Shown here piece by piece: positions 23,945 to 33,700 of a stretch of 64,000 bases of DNA. Location: the NCBI GenBank assembly GCA_014360985.1, contig JACIWK010000003.1, positions 1,061-65,060 of the forward strand, in the 5' to 3' direction. Position 1 is the stretch's first letter; the number at the start of each line of letters is the position of its first letter. Both the position numbers and the translations under genes were made by a program. The notes under the pieces were generated by a model that was not told the origin of the DNA, made no database searches, and saw only the letters and a list, made by a program, of their open reading frames with translations. The stretch is from Candidatus Bipolaricaulota bacterium. GTDB lineage: Bacteria; Bipolaricaulota; Bipolaricaulia; Bipolaricaulales; Bipolaricaulaceae.

Positions 23945-24018
23945 TGGGAGATCGGCTAATGGCAGGCCGACGGGCTCTGGACCCGTTAGTGGGGGTTCGA
24001 ATCCCTCTCTCCCAGCCA
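23945..24018 (+). tRNA. tRNA-Gln (anticodon CTG), encoded CCA
   Basis: Cloverleaf TGGGAGA/TCTCCCA acceptor stem, ACGGG-CTCTGGA-CCCGT anticodon arm, GTTCGAATC T-loop; promoter TTGCCC-17-TAGAAT at 23905-23933. Confidence 0.97.
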
Positions 24019-24097
24019 CACCCCCTTGGCCAGCCCAACGTCTCCCCGCGCATGCCGCGGTCCGCTCGGCTTCCCCGCCCTCCCGCCTTCTTCCCGT

Positions 24098-24790
24098 TCA
24101 CGAAGCGCGTGGTGGGCCGTTCTGGGAGGGGGCCGTCCCCGGGGGGAGCCACTCCGTCAGGCCCCGCTCGAGGGGCTCGAGCAGCGCCACCGTCCGCGTC
24201 CGGACAGCCGTGGCGAGCTCCGTTCGCGAACGAGCCAGTTCGTGCCGGAACGTGCTTTCCCCGAGGGAGAGGGCGTTGGCGTCCACGTTCGCCAGCGCCG
24301 CCTCCGCCGCCGCCCCGGCGAGCTGGACCGCGGTCACGAGGTCGCTGCGCGCCACCTGGGGACAGAGAGGAGCCACCTCGGACGCGAGAGCAAGGGCGTC
24401 AGCGGCGAGCTTGGCCGTGGCGAGCGGGATCGCCGCCGCCCCGACGAGGGCCCGCTGGAGGGCGGCCGAGCGATCGGCCTTCTCCGCGGACGTGGAACGG
24501 GGGAGGGCGAGGGCTTCCCCCACCGCGCGGTACGCGGCGACGTCATCGTCAGCCAGGTCCAGGAACCGCAGCCGCAGGGCGTCGGCCCGCCCGTGGAGGG
24601 AGGTTAGGCACGACACAGCCCCCGGGTCCTTCGCCCGACGGAGGGCGAGGGAAATCACCATCTGGAGAAGGGCGCTCCCCACGGCTCCGGCCACGGCCGC
24701 CACGGCCCCGCCTCCGGGGACCGGCTCGTCGGACGCGACGGCGTCCAAGAACCGGCTGAGCGTCAGGTCGCGGATCTTCGGATTGGGCAT
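24098..24790 (-). CDS. Formiminotetrahydrofolate cyclodeaminase / methenyl-THF cyclohydrolase family
   Basis: FLDAVAS.EPVPGGGAVAA, DDDVAAY, A..PL, SDL..A..L..AA...A..NV..N. Confidence 0.85.
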   Translation of the reverse strand: MPNPKIRDLTLSRFLDAVASDEPVPGGGAVAAVAGAVGSALLQMVISLALRRAKDPGAVSCLTSLHGRADALRLRFLDLADDDVAAYRAVGEALALPRSTSAEKADRSAALQRALVGAAAIPLATAKLAADALALASEVAPLCPQVARSDLVTAVQLAGAAAEAALANVDANALSLGESTFRHELARSRTELATAVRTRTVALLEPLERGLTEWLPPGTAPSQNGPPRAS

Positions 24791-24948
24791 CGCACCTCCA
24801 GGGGCCGCGCGAGCGGGCCCTCCTCCGGATCTTACCGCACGGGGGCCGTGCTGCCCGGTTTGCTCTGACCGAGCCGCTGCTGGGGACGAGCCCCGCCTCC
24901 CCCTTGCCCGCGGTGGACGGGACACGAGGGATGGGGTAGACTTCGCCC

Positions 24949-24965
24949 TATTCCAAGTTGGAATA
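24949..24965. promoter_or_regulatory. Palindromic operator upstream of padR
   Basis: TATTCCAA-G-TTGGAATA perfect AT-rich palindrome just downstream of a TAGACT -10 box (24937-24942). Confidence 0.65.
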
Positions 24966-24974
24966 AGCGAGTGG

Positions 24975-25511
24975 ATGCGAATGGAGGAGCTCGTCCTCGG
25001 GATGCTGAAGCTGGGCCCGGCCCACGGCTACGAGCTGCGGAGCCGGGTCCGCGAGGAGCTCGGCCCAGCGTGGCGCGTGGCCTCGAGCCAGCTTTACGCC
25101 TGGCTGCGCCGCCTCGAGGAGGGGGGGTTCGTCCGCGCGTCGCCCCTCCCCGCCCCCGGTCGTCCGCCGCGCGTGGTGTACGCCCTCACCCCAGCGGGGG
25201 AGGAGCGGTTCTGGAAGTGGCTTGCCTCCCCTCCCCGGGGGCGCCGACGCGCCCGGGGGATGTTCCTCGTCCGGCTGTACTTCCTGGCCCGGTTCGCTCC
25301 CCATCGCCTCCCCACCTACCTTGCCCAGGAGGAGGAAGTCCTCACGCGGAGGAAGGAGAGGCTCCTCGCAGTGGACGCCGGCGGTGACCCGTTTCAGGAG
25401 GCGGTGCGAAGGCTCCGACTCCTCCAGGTGGAGGGGGGCCTCAAGTGGCTGGCCGAAGTGGGTGACCTGTTTCGTCCAAAGGAGGAAGGGTGCGCGTGTG
25501 TGCAGTCGTGA
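24975..25511 (+). CDS. PadR family transcriptional regulator
   Basis: VLGML..GPAHGYEL, SQLY..LRRLE..G, PPRVVYALT.AG. Confidence 0.88.
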   Translation: MRMEELVLGMLKLGPAHGYELRSRVREELGPAWRVASSQLYAWLRRLEEGGFVRASPLPAPGRPPRVVYALTPAGEERFWKWLASPPRGRRRARGMFLVRLYFLARFAPHRLPTYLAQEEEVLTRRKERLLAVDAGGDPFQEAVRRLRLLQVEGGLKWLAEVGDLFRPKEEGCACVQS

Positions 25512-26479
25512 TCGCAGTGTTGGCCGTTGCCCTCGGTGCGGGGGCGGAGGTGACTGTGGTCGATCATGCGGGGAGGACGGTGGTCGTTCCCCTCCCGCCC
25601 TCGCGGGTGGCGAGCGCGTTCGGGGTCGCCACGGCGTACGTGTACGCCCTCGGGGCGGGGGACCTCCTCGTGGGGGCGCGCTACCTCGGGCTCCCGGAGA
25701 GCCCCCTCGGGGTGGAGGTGATGGAGCGGATCGACCCCGCGTTCGAGGGCAAAGCGTTCCCCGGCGAGGTCTCCGTGGAGGTCCCCGTCGCATTGGGAGC
25801 GGACCTCGTCTTCGTGGGGCGTAAGCATCTTCCGCTCGCGGACCAGCTGGCCGATGTGGGGATCCCGGCCGTGGTCTTGCAACCGGAGTCGTTCCCCGAG
25901 GTGCGGGAGGCGATCCTCCTCACCGGGGACCTCCTCGGGCGGGGGGAACGGGCGGAGGGACTCGCTGCATTCTACGACGCGATCCTGGCCGCAGTGGCCG
26001 CAGAAGGCGTGCTCGGGGAGGATCGGCCAACGGTCCTCCTCGTGGGGACGTCCCCGGGGCGCGTTGCCGGGGGAGGGATGTACCAGACGGGACTGGTGCA
26101 CCTGGCGGGCGGAGCGTCCGTGTCGCAGGACCTTCCTGGATCGTGGCAGGACGTGGGGCCTGAGCAGATCCTCCTCTGGGATCCGGAGGTGATCGTGATC
26201 GCGCCCTACGGGCCCGTCACGCCAGGCGACTTCCTCGACGAGCCCCTGTTCCAGGGACTGAGGGCGGTGCGGGAGGGTCGGGTGTACAAGATGCCCCAGC
26301 TCCTGTTCGCGTGGGACACCCCGATTCCGGAGTCCGTGCTCGGCGTCCTCTGGCTGGCCGAGCTTCTCCACCCCGGGAGGGTGCCCCTCGACTTCGCCGC
26401 GGTGGCCACCCGCTTCTACCGCGAGTTCTACGGGGTCGAGCTCCAGCCAGCGGAGCTCGATCTCCTCGGCGGCCGCTGA
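25490..26479 (+). CDS. ABC transporter substrate-binding protein (iron-siderophore/cobalamin class)
   Basis: Signal peptide, VVDHAGRTVVVP.PP.RV, EQILLWDPEVI, AVREGRVY, WDTP.PE. Confidence 0.85.
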   Translation: MRVCAVVIAVLAVALGAGAEVTVVDHAGRTVVVPLPPSRVASAFGVATAYVYALGAGDLLVGARYLGLPESPLGVEVMERIDPAFEGKAFPGEVSVEVPVALGADLVFVGRKHLPLADQLADVGIPAVVLQPESFPEVREAILLTGDLLGRGERAEGLAAFYDAILAAVAAEGVLGEDRPTVLLVGTSPGRVAGGGMYQTGLVHLAGGASVSQDLPGSWQDVGPEQILLWDPEVIVIAPYGPVTPGDFLDEPLFQGLRAVREGRVYKMPQLLFAWDTPIPESVLGVLWLAELLHPGRVPLDFAAVATRFYREFYGVELQPAELDLLGGR

Positions 26480-27477
26480 TGCGTGCGCTCCTGCTCGCTG
26501 CGGTGTTCGCCGCTTCCGCCGTGGGACAACTGGCGGTGACGGACCAGGCGGGGCGGGAGGTGATCCTCCCCCCTCGGGTGGAGCGGGTGGTGGACCTCCA
26601 CGGCGGTGCGAAGTGGATCATCTATGCCCTCGGCGGGGCCGATCTCCTCGTCGGCGCCTACTTCGTCACCCCCCCAACCCACCCGTTGGCCCAGGCGACG
26701 CTGGCCGAGCTGGACCCGCACCATCGGGAGAAGGAGCTCCCCATCCTCCCCACTCTGGAAGCCCTCGTTGCCCTGCGGCCGGACGTCGTGTTCGCGAGTT
26801 CCGTCGTCCACGGGGCGCTCGCCGACCTCCTGGCCGAGGTTGGGATCACCACCGTGCTCCTCTTCCCCGAGACCCTGGACCTCCTCGAGGACGCGTTCGT
26901 TTTGATCGGGGCGGTGCTGGGGCGGGAGGAGCGGGCCCGGGCCCTGGCCGCGCGGTTCCACGAGATGGTGGAGGAGGTGAAGTCCGCCGCTGAGGGCGTC
27001 GAGCACCGTCCCGAGGTGTACTTCGCCGCGTACTACCCGCTCAACATCTACGCTGGCGATGTGATCCAGAACGTGATCACCGAGCTCGCCGGTGGCGTCC
27101 CCCTCGGGAAGGAGTTCGCCCCCTATCGCGCGGGAGCGTTCTGGTACCGGGCCAACGTCGAGCAGGTCGTCCTGTGGGACCCGGAGGTGATCATCGTCCC
27201 CTCGTACAGCCGAGCCAGCCGCGAGGATTTCTTTTCCGATCCTGCGTTCAGTGGGACGAGGGCCGTCAAGGCAGGCCGGGTGTACCGGTTCCCGTCATTC
27301 TTTGGGCCGTGGGACACCCCCAGTCCGGAGGTGGTCCTGGGGCTCCTCTGGCTCGCCGAGGCGCTGCACCCGGGCGCGACCGGCCTCGACCTCGTGGGGG
27401 AGGTCGTTCGCTTCTACCGTGAGTTCTACGGGTGCGAGCTTCCGGCGGACGAAGTCGCGGCCTTCCTCGGGCAGTGA
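26479..27477 (+). CDS. Second ABC transporter substrate-binding protein (paralogue)
   Basis: VTDQAGREVILP..VERVV, EQVVLWDPEVII, AVKAGRVY, WDTPSPE. Confidence 0.85.
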   Translation: MRALLLAAVFAASAVGQLAVTDQAGREVILPPRVERVVDLHGGAKWIIYALGGADLLVGAYFVTPPTHPLAQATLAELDPHHREKELPILPTLEALVALRPDVVFASSVVHGALADLLAEVGITTVLLFPETLDLLEDAFVLIGAVLGREERARALAARFHEMVEEVKSAAEGVEHRPEVYFAAYYPLNIYAGDVIQNVITELAGGVPLGKEFAPYRAGAFWYRANVEQVVLWDPEVIIVPSYSRASREDFFSDPAFSGTRAVKAGRVYRFPSFFGPWDTPSPEVVLGLLWLAEALHPGATGLDLVGEVVRFYREFYGCELPADEVAAFLGQ

Positions 27478-28466
27478 ACCGCACCTGCCTTTCCGGGGCC
27501 CTTCTCCTCCTCCCCCTCCCGGTGGCGTTCGGCGCCCTCATGATCGGGCGCTACCCGATCTCCCCGGGGGAGGTGTTCGCCTCCCTCACCGGCGGTGAGG
27601 TGGCGGAGGTGGTGCGGGCCCTCATCCTGAGGATCCGTCTCCCGCGGATCGGGGCGGCGGCCCTCGTCGGGGCGAACCTCGCCGTGGCGGGGGCGGTGTA
27701 CCAGGGTGTGTTTCGGAACCCTCTCGTCGAGGGGCGGCTGCTGGGGGTGAGCTCCGGGGCGGGCCTGGGGGCAGCGCTGGCGTTCCTCCTCTTCCCCCAG
27801 CCGGCGGTGGTTCAGGCCCTCGCCTTCGCCGGCGGGCTCGCGGGGGTCGCCCTGACCGCGCTCCTCGGGTGGGCGTTCGGAGCCGGGGTCCTTGTCCTTG
27901 TCATCGCCGGGGTGCTCGTCGATTCGTTCTTGTCCGCGGTGCTCGGGCTCGTGAAATACGCGGCGGACCCGTTGGGGACGCTCCCCGCGATCACGCACTG
28001 GCTCTTGGGGGGCTTGAGCGGGGTCCGCGTTCCCGACCTCCTCCCGCTGGGCATCGCCTCCGCGATCGGCCTCTCCTTCTTTCTCCTCGCCCGGTGGCGG
28101 CTGAACCTCCTCACCCTCACCGACCAGGAGGGGGAGGCTCTCGGGGTGAGGGTCCGCCCGACGCGGTTCCTTGTGGTGGGGATGGGGACGCTCCTCGTCG
28201 CCTCCGCGGTCTCCGTGAGCGGGATCGTGAGCTGGGTCGGCCTGCTTGTACCCCATGCCGCCCGGGCGGTGGTGGGGCCCGACTACGCCCGGCTCCTCCC
28301 CGCCGCCGCCGGGCTGGGGGCCGCGCTCGTCGTGGCCCTCGACACGCTCGCCCGCACCCTCCTCACCGCGGAGATCCCCTTGGGGGTGCTCACCGGCCTC
28401 CTCGGGGCACCGCTGTTCCTCGTCCTGTTCCTCCGGTTCCTCCGTGAGCGCGGGGGGTGGCGGTGA
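27474..28466 (+). CDS. FecCD/BtuC-type ABC permease
   Basis: IRLPRI, AGAVYQGVFRNPL, GIVSWVGLLVPH, EIPLGVLTGLLGAP. Confidence 0.92.
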   Translation: MNRTCLSGALLLLPLPVAFGALMIGRYPISPGEVFASLTGGEVAEVVRALILRIRLPRIGAAALVGANLAVAGAVYQGVFRNPLVEGRLLGVSSGAGLGAALAFLLFPQPAVVQALAFAGGLAGVALTALLGWAFGAGVLVLVIAGVLVDSFLSAVLGLVKYAADPLGTLPAITHWLLGGLSGVRVPDLLPLGIASAIGLSFFLLARWRLNLLTLTDQEGEALGVRVRPTRFLVVGMGTLLVASAVSVSGIVSWVGLLVPHAARAVVGPDYARLLPAAAGLGAALVVALDTLARTLLTAEIPLGVLTGLLGAPLFLVLFLRFLRERGGWR

Positions 28467-29236
28467 GGCTCCGGGCACAGGACCTTGTGTACGCCTACAT
28501 CCCAGGGCGGCCCGTCCTGCGCGGGATCACGCTCGACCTCCGCTCCGGGGAGACGGCGTTCCTCCTTGGACCGAACGGGAGCGGGAAGACGACGTTCCTC
28601 GACCTCATCGGGGGCCTGCGGACTCCGCGGGAAGGGGAGGTCCTCCTCGACGAGCGTCCGCTCGCCTCGTTCTCGGCCCGGCAGCGGGCGCAGCTCGTGG
28701 GGTACGTGCCCCAGTTCCACGAGCCGCCGTTCAACTTCACGGCGTGGGAGGTCGTCCTCATGGGTCGGGCCCCCTACGTGCGCTGGCTCAGCCAGCCGAA
28801 GGAGCGGGACCGCCGGGCCGCCGACGGAGCGCTGGCCGCGCTCGGTCTGGCGGGGTTCCGGGACCGCCCCTACTACACGCTGAGCGGGGGGGAGCGGAGG
28901 CTTGTCCTGGTGGCGCGGGGACTGGCCCAGGGGGCGGCGTTCCTCCTCCTCGACGAGCCCGACGCCCACCTCGACCCGGCGAACCAGCACCGGGTGCTCC
29001 TCGCCGTGCAGGAGGTGGTCGGGGAGGGCCTTGGGGCGGGGATCACCTCCCACTCCCCGAACAACGCCCTCCTCTACGCTGATCGGGTCGCCCTCTTCTC
29101 CTCGGGCGAGGTCCTCGCCCAAGGGGTGCCCGCCGCGGTCGTGGCTCCCCCCCTCCTCGAGCGGGCCTACGGGATCCCGTTCGTCTCTGTGGGCGATGGC
29201 CACGGCCCGCGGGCCGTGCTCCCCGCCGTGGGATGA
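28457..29236 (+). CDS. ABC transporter ATP-binding protein
   Basis: GPNGSGKT, LSGGERRLV, LLDEP, SH. Confidence 0.93.
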   Translation: MAVRLRAQDLVYAYIPGRPVLRGITLDLRSGETAFLLGPNGSGKTTFLDLIGGLRTPREGEVLLDERPLASFSARQRAQLVGYVPQFHEPPFNFTAWEVVLMGRAPYVRWLSQPKERDRRAADGALAALGLAGFRDRPYYTLSGGERRLVLVARGLAQGAAFLLLDEPDAHLDPANQHRVLLAVQEVVGEGLGAGITSHSPNNALLYADRVALFSSGEVLAQGVPAAVVAPPLLERAYGIPFVSVGDGHGPRAVLPAVG

Positions 29237-29300
29237 GGCCGGCCCTCCTGCAGCGAACGGCCGGTGGGGATGGAGCCCGCTGCCACGACGACGCTGTTCC

Positions 29301-29385
29301 GTAGCGTTGCAGCTTGTCTGCGACGGCCGTTGGCCTTTTCCCAACAGGGGTCGGGGTTCGTAGCGGTGGACCTTGTGTCCGCCAC
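29301..29385 (+). repeat. GTAG-type REP pair (unit A 29301-29325, unit B 29360-29385)
   Basis: GTAG-CGTTGCAG-CTTGT-CTGCGACG and GTAG-CGGTGGAC-CTTGT-GTCCGCCAC; homologous copies at 32438-32592 and 63715-63784. Confidence 0.8.
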
Positions 29386-29499
29386 ACTTCGGCTCAACCC
29401 GTTCCTGGTCCATCTCCCCCACCCCATCCCTCTCCCGCCGGGGGGAGAGGGAGACGAGACGATCGCTTGGCAACGCACGTCGGGTGCCGAGCCGCGACC

Positions 29500-30318
29500 C
29501 TACCGGAACAGGCGGTCCACCTCCGTCAGGTACTCGGCGGCCTTTTCCTTGGCGTGGCGGTTCCAAAACGGCCAGTTCCCGATCGGGGCTGCAAGGATGT
29601 AGTGGAGCAGGTCCTCGAACAGGACCCGATCCTTCGCCCGCCGCGCGTACTCCCAGGCGTAGGCGAGGTGGTTTTCAAGGTACGTCGGGTCCAGATCGAG
29701 CGCCCACTCGAAGTACGGCTTGGCCTGAGAGAGATCGGTGCCGATGCCGGGGACCCACCACCACTCCGACAGGTTGGCGAGGAGGGCCCCGACGGCTTGG
29801 GGCGCAGATCCCCCCCAGTACCCCGGGTCGAGCTCGATCACCCGGTCGTACATGATCCGGACCTTGTTGCGGTGGGGGATGGCCGAAAGCGGGTTCATCC
29901 GCCCGAGGACGAGCCCCAAGCTGTGCGCCGTCCAGAGGAGCGTCGCCGGGTCCGTGGCCTGAGCCACCAACGCCCGCAGCCCGTCCTCCGAGAGGCGGAA
30001 CCCCTCGTCGAGGCCCGCGAGCCCCAGGGAGCGGAACCCGTAGTCGGCGGCCTTGCGCAGCGCCGCTTCCCTGACGTTCTCCGGGAGGAGCGTCGACCGC
30101 TCGTACCACAGCTGGGCCAGCCGCGCGAGAACGGACGCGCTCTCCGACTCCTCCACGAGCAGGGCCTCGTAGATCGCGATCAGCCGCTCCAGGTTCCGCA
30201 GTTCGTAACGCACCGGGAAAAGGGCCTCTGCCTCCGCGGTGAGATTGGCCACCGACTGCGCCCACCCTGCCCACGCCATCGCCGCAACGACGAACAGCGC
30301 AAGAGCTCTCCGTGCCAT
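29500..30318 (-). CDS. Secreted TRAP transporter TatT-like helical-repeat protein
   Basis: Signal peptide; helical repeats; LDPGYWGG, AKPYFEWAL.LDP.YLEN...YA. Confidence 0.6.
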   Translation of the reverse strand: MARRALALFVVAAMAWAGWAQSVANLTAEAEALFPVRYELRNLERLIAIYEALLVEESESASVLARLAQLWYERSTLLPENVREAALRKAADYGFRSLGLAGLDEGFRLSEDGLRALVAQATDPATLLWTAHSLGLVLGRMNPLSAIPHRNKVRIMYDRVIELDPGYWGGSAPQAVGALLANLSEWWWVPGIGTDLSQAKPYFEWALDLDPTYLENHLAYAWEYARRAKDRVLFEDLLHYILAAPIGNWPFWNRHAKEKAAEYLTEVDRLFR

Positions 30319-30384
30319 GACGCCCGAGCGTAGCCATCCCGCCCAGCGCGGGGGATCGGGGATTCGGCTAGAATGGGTTTCACG

Positions 30385-31452
30385 ATGAGGGCCGTCGTGT
30401 TGTGCGGGGGAGAAGGGACCCGGCTCCGCCCGTTCACGTTCACCCAGGCCAAGCACCTCCTCCCCGTGGCGGGGAGGCCGGTCGTCGAGCACGCCCTCGC
30501 CGCGGTGCGGGCGACGGGGATCCGCGACGTGGGGATCGTGGTCAGCCCGAGCGTGGAGGGGCAATTCCGGGAGCGCCTCGGGGACGGGAGCCGACTGGGC
30601 CTCTCCGTGACGTACATCGTCCAGCCCGAGCCCAAGGGCCTCGCCCACGCCGTCCTCTGCGCCGAGGGGTACGTCGGTGACGACCCGTTCCTCGTCTACC
30701 TTGGGGACAACCTCCTCCAGGGAGGGATCGCGGGCGTGGTTGACCTGTTCCGTTCGCAGAACCCGGCGGCGGTGGTCACCCTGCGGCGGGTCGACGACCC
30801 TCGCCGGTTCGGGGTCGCGGTGATCGAGGGCGGGCATCTCGTGCGCCTTGTGGAGAAGCCGCCGAACCCGCCGAGCGACCTCGCGATCGTCGGGGCGTAC
30901 GCGTTCACCCCACTTCTGTTTCAGGCGGCGCGGGAGGTGAAGCCATCCTTCCGCGGCGAGCTCGAGCTCACCGATTGCCTGCAGTGGCTCGTCGACCGTG
31001 GCCACCCCGTCCTCCCCTACGAGGTCCGCGGGTGGTGGCAGGACGTGGGGCGGCCGACGGACCTCCTCGTGGCGAACCGCCTGCTCCTTGCCCAGATCGA
31101 ACCTCGGGTCGAGGGAGAGGTGGACGGGAGCTCGACTCTCGACGGCCCGGTGGTGATCGAGCGGGGCGCGCGCATCGTGGCGAGCCGGGTCGTGGGGCCG
31201 GTGGTCATCGGCGAGGAGGCGCGGATCGAGCGCTCCACGGTGGGCCCGAACGCGGCGGTCGGACCGCGGGCCGTGGTCCGGGACGCCGAGGTCGCCGACA
31301 GCATCCTCATGGACGGCGCCTGCGTCGAGCAGGGAGCGAGGATCGCTGGGGTGGTGCTTGGCCGGGGCGCACGCGTTCATCTGCCAATGGGAAGGCCATT
31401 CTCGGCGTTCCTCGGCGACGAATCGACCCTCGAGGTCAAGGAGGAAGGATGA
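30385..31452 (+). CDS. Glucose-1-phosphate thymidylyltransferase, long form
   Basis: LCGGEGTRLRP.T...KHLLPVAG, QPEPKGLAHA, VEKP, S.RGELE.TD, WQDVG, C-terminal LbH. Confidence 0.9.
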   Translation: MRAVVLCGGEGTRLRPFTFTQAKHLLPVAGRPVVEHALAAVRATGIRDVGIVVSPSVEGQFRERLGDGSRLGLSVTYIVQPEPKGLAHAVLCAEGYVGDDPFLVYLGDNLLQGGIAGVVDLFRSQNPAAVVTLRRVDDPRRFGVAVIEGGHLVRLVEKPPNPPSDLAIVGAYAFTPLLFQAAREVKPSFRGELELTDCLQWLVDRGHPVLPYEVRGWWQDVGRPTDLLVANRLLLAQIEPRVEGEVDGSSTLDGPVVIERGARIVASRVVGPVVIGEEARIERSTVGPNAAVGPRAVVRDAEVADSILMDGACVEQGARIAGVVLGRGARVHLPMGRPFSAFLGDESTLEVKEEG

Positions 31453-32441
31453 TTCTCGTCACGGGCGGGGCGGGGTACATCGGAAGCCACACGATCAAGG
31501 AGCTCCTGCGCGACGGGCGGGAGGTGGTGGCGCTCGACAACCTGTCCGCCGGGCACCGCGAGCTCGTCCTGTGCCGCGCGTTCGTCCACGGGGACCTCGC
31601 CGACGGGGACCTCCTCCGGAAGACGTTCCAGCGCTATCCGATCGAGGCGGTGATCCACTTCGCTGCTCACACGTCCGTCCCCGAATCCGTCGAGAACCCG
31701 GCCAAGTACTACGACAACAACGTGGGGTGCGGGCTGGCGCTCCTCGACGCCATGGTCGAGGCAGGGGTGAAGACGATCGTGTTCTCGTCGAGCGCCGCCG
31801 TGTACGGCGACCCGGTGCGGGTGCCCATCCCCGAGGATCATCCCAAAGAGCCGAAGAACCCCTACGGCCGAACGAAGCTCATCTTCGAGGGAGTTCTCCA
31901 CGACTACGGGGTCGCCCACGGGCTGCGCCACGTGTCGCTCCGGTACTTCAACGCCGCGGGGTCCGACCCCGACGGCGAGATCGGCGAGTGCCACGACCCG
32001 GAGACCCACCTCATCCCGATCGTGCTGGAGGTGGCGGCCGGGAAGCGATCCCAGGTGCAGATCTTCGGCACCGACTACGAGACGAAGGATGGAACCGCGG
32101 TCCGCGACTACATCCACGTGACCGACCTTGCCCGGGCCCACGTCCTCGCCCTGCGGGCCGTCGAGGAGGGGCGAGCGGCGCCGGCGTACAACCTCGGGAC
32201 GGGTCGGGGCTACACCGTGCGCGAGGTGGTGGAGTGCTGTCGGCGGGTGACGGGACGGGAGATCCCCGCGGTGGACGCGCCGCGCCGGCCGGGGGACCCC
32301 GCGGCCCTCGTCGCCGACCCGTCCCGGGCGAGGCGCGATCTCGGCTGGGAGCCGCGGTTCACGGCCCTCGAGCCCATCGTCGAGACGGCCTGGAGGTGGA
32401 TGCTCCGCCGCCCGCCCGCCGGTCGCGGATCCCCCCGGTAG
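31449..32441 (+). CDS. galE: UDP-glucose 4-epimerase
   Basis: TGGAGYIGSH, FSSSAAVYG, YGRTK, LRYFNAAG, GT.VRDYIHV.DLA. Confidence 0.93.
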   Translation: MILVTGGAGYIGSHTIKELLRDGREVVALDNLSAGHRELVLCRAFVHGDLADGDLLRKTFQRYPIEAVIHFAAHTSVPESVENPAKYYDNNVGCGLALLDAMVEAGVKTIVFSSSAAVYGDPVRVPIPEDHPKEPKNPYGRTKLIFEGVLHDYGVAHGLRHVSLRYFNAAGSDPDGEIGECHDPETHLIPIVLEVAAGKRSQVQIFGTDYETKDGTAVRDYIHVTDLARAHVLALRAVEEGRAAPAYNLGTGRGYTVREVVECCRRVTGREIPAVDAPRRPGDPAALVADPSRARRDLGWEPRFTALEPIVETAWRWMLRRPPAGRGSPR

Positions 32442-32592
32442 CGCGGTGGGGCTTGTCCCCGCCGTACCTTGCGTCGGCCTTTCCGGAACCGGACAACCGC
32501 GATCCTGGGTCCGTAGGGGCGGACCCCGTGTCCGCCCGCTGGAGCGGTTCCGTGACCAGAAGGGTGCGTACCGTCGCAGCTTGTCTGCGACG
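32438..32592 (+). repeat. GTAG-type REP cluster (A 32438-32465, B 32513-32537, A 32568-32592)
   Basis: GTAG..GGTGGGG-CTTGT-CCCCGCC; GTAG-GGGCGGAC-CCCGT-GTCCGCCC; GTAC-CGTCGCAG-CTTGT-CTGCGACG. Confidence 0.8.
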
Positions 32593-32683
32593 ACCTTTCC
32601 CATTTGCCCTCGGTTGCCCGTTCCGGGTAACTTGGCCGGCGTGGAGCGGTAAGATCGCGTTTGACCCTAGGAGGGGTGGATCC

Positions 32684-33700
32684 ATGGACGAGTACGAGGT
32701 CGATCTGCGGGAGTACCTCCTCATCCTGTGGAAGGGGAAGTGGATCGTGGCGGGGGTGTTCGTGGTGGCCGTCGCCCTGGCCTGGCTCCTCACCGCCCGG
32801 GCCCCGGTGGAGTACCGCGCCGAGGTGCTGCTTGGTGTGGAACGTTGCGTCCCAACGTTGGATGACCAGGCAACCCCCACAGCGGCGTGGGTGGCCGAGC
32901 GTGTCCGGCACCCCGGCATCCTCTCCCGAGCTGCGTCCGAAGCGGGCGTTTCCACCGCGTGGCTGAGCGAGGCGCTGGGGGCGAGGGTCCAGGGAGCGTT
33001 CGTCCAGCTCACGGTGCAGGGCAACCGCCCTGGGGCGGAGCTCGCGGAGGTCCTGGACGGGATGGTGGCCGCCCTCCACGAGGATCTGGCAGCGCGGGTG
33101 GCGCAGGCCGTCGAACGGCGGTTGACCGGCGTGGAACTGGAACGGGAAGCCGCCCGGACGCGCCTCGCGGCGTGGGAGGAGGAATTTGACCGCGTGCGTA
33201 CGGCCACCGAGATCAGTCGTGACCGGCTGCGCGAGGAGATCGCACGGGTGAGGGATGATCCGGTGTTGCGGACCCTCAGCGTGGGGGTCGACGCCACGAT
33301 TCAAGGGTACCTTGCCCAGAAGGAGCTGGATCTTCTGTATGCCCGGCTCGAGAGGGCTGAGCTCGCCCTCGACGAGATGGAACGGTCGGGGTTGGCCTAT
33401 GTGGCGGGGATGGCGTGGAGGAACTTGGCCGACCAGCTCGTGGTCCTGGACGAGGAGGAGGCCGCTTTGCGCAGTGTCCTGTCGGAGCCTCCGAGCCCCG
33501 TATCCGTGGTTCGGGGTGTCGCTGTCTCAGGCCCGCTCAAGCCCAACCTGAAGATGAACCTGGCGGTGGCGGTGGTGCTGGGGTTGTTCGTGGGGGTCCT
33601 CCTCGCGTTCCTCGTCCATGCGCTGCGGGCGCCGCCCCAGGGTGGGCGGGAGCTCCCAGCCGAGGGGCGCACGGGGCCGGCGGCGGGGGGGAAGGGGTGA
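32684..33700 (+). CDS. Wzz-like polysaccharide chain-length determinant
   Basis: EVDLREYLLILWKGKWIV N-terminus, coiled-coil middle, KPNLKMNLAVAVVLGLFVG C-terminal TM. Confidence 0.85.
   Translation: MDEYEVDLREYLLILWKGKWIVAGVFVVAVALAWLLTARAPVEYRAEVLLGVERCVPTLDDQATPTAAWVAERVRHPGILSRAASEAGVSTAWLSEALGARVQGAFVQLTVQGNRPGAELAEVLDGMVAALHEDLAARVAQAVERRLTGVELEREAARTRLAAWEEEFDRVRTATEISRDRLREEIARVRDDPVLRTLSVGVDATIQGYLAQKELDLLYARLERAELALDEMERSGLAYVAGMAWRNLADQLVVLDEEEAALRSVLSEPPSPVSVVRGVAVSGPLKPNLKMNLAVAVVLGLFVGVLLAFLVHALRAPPQGGRELPAEGRTGPAAGGKG

Noticed and set aside
23945-24100. tRNA-Gln as an integration site
   Set aside because: No integrase and no duplicated tRNA 3' end found in the window.
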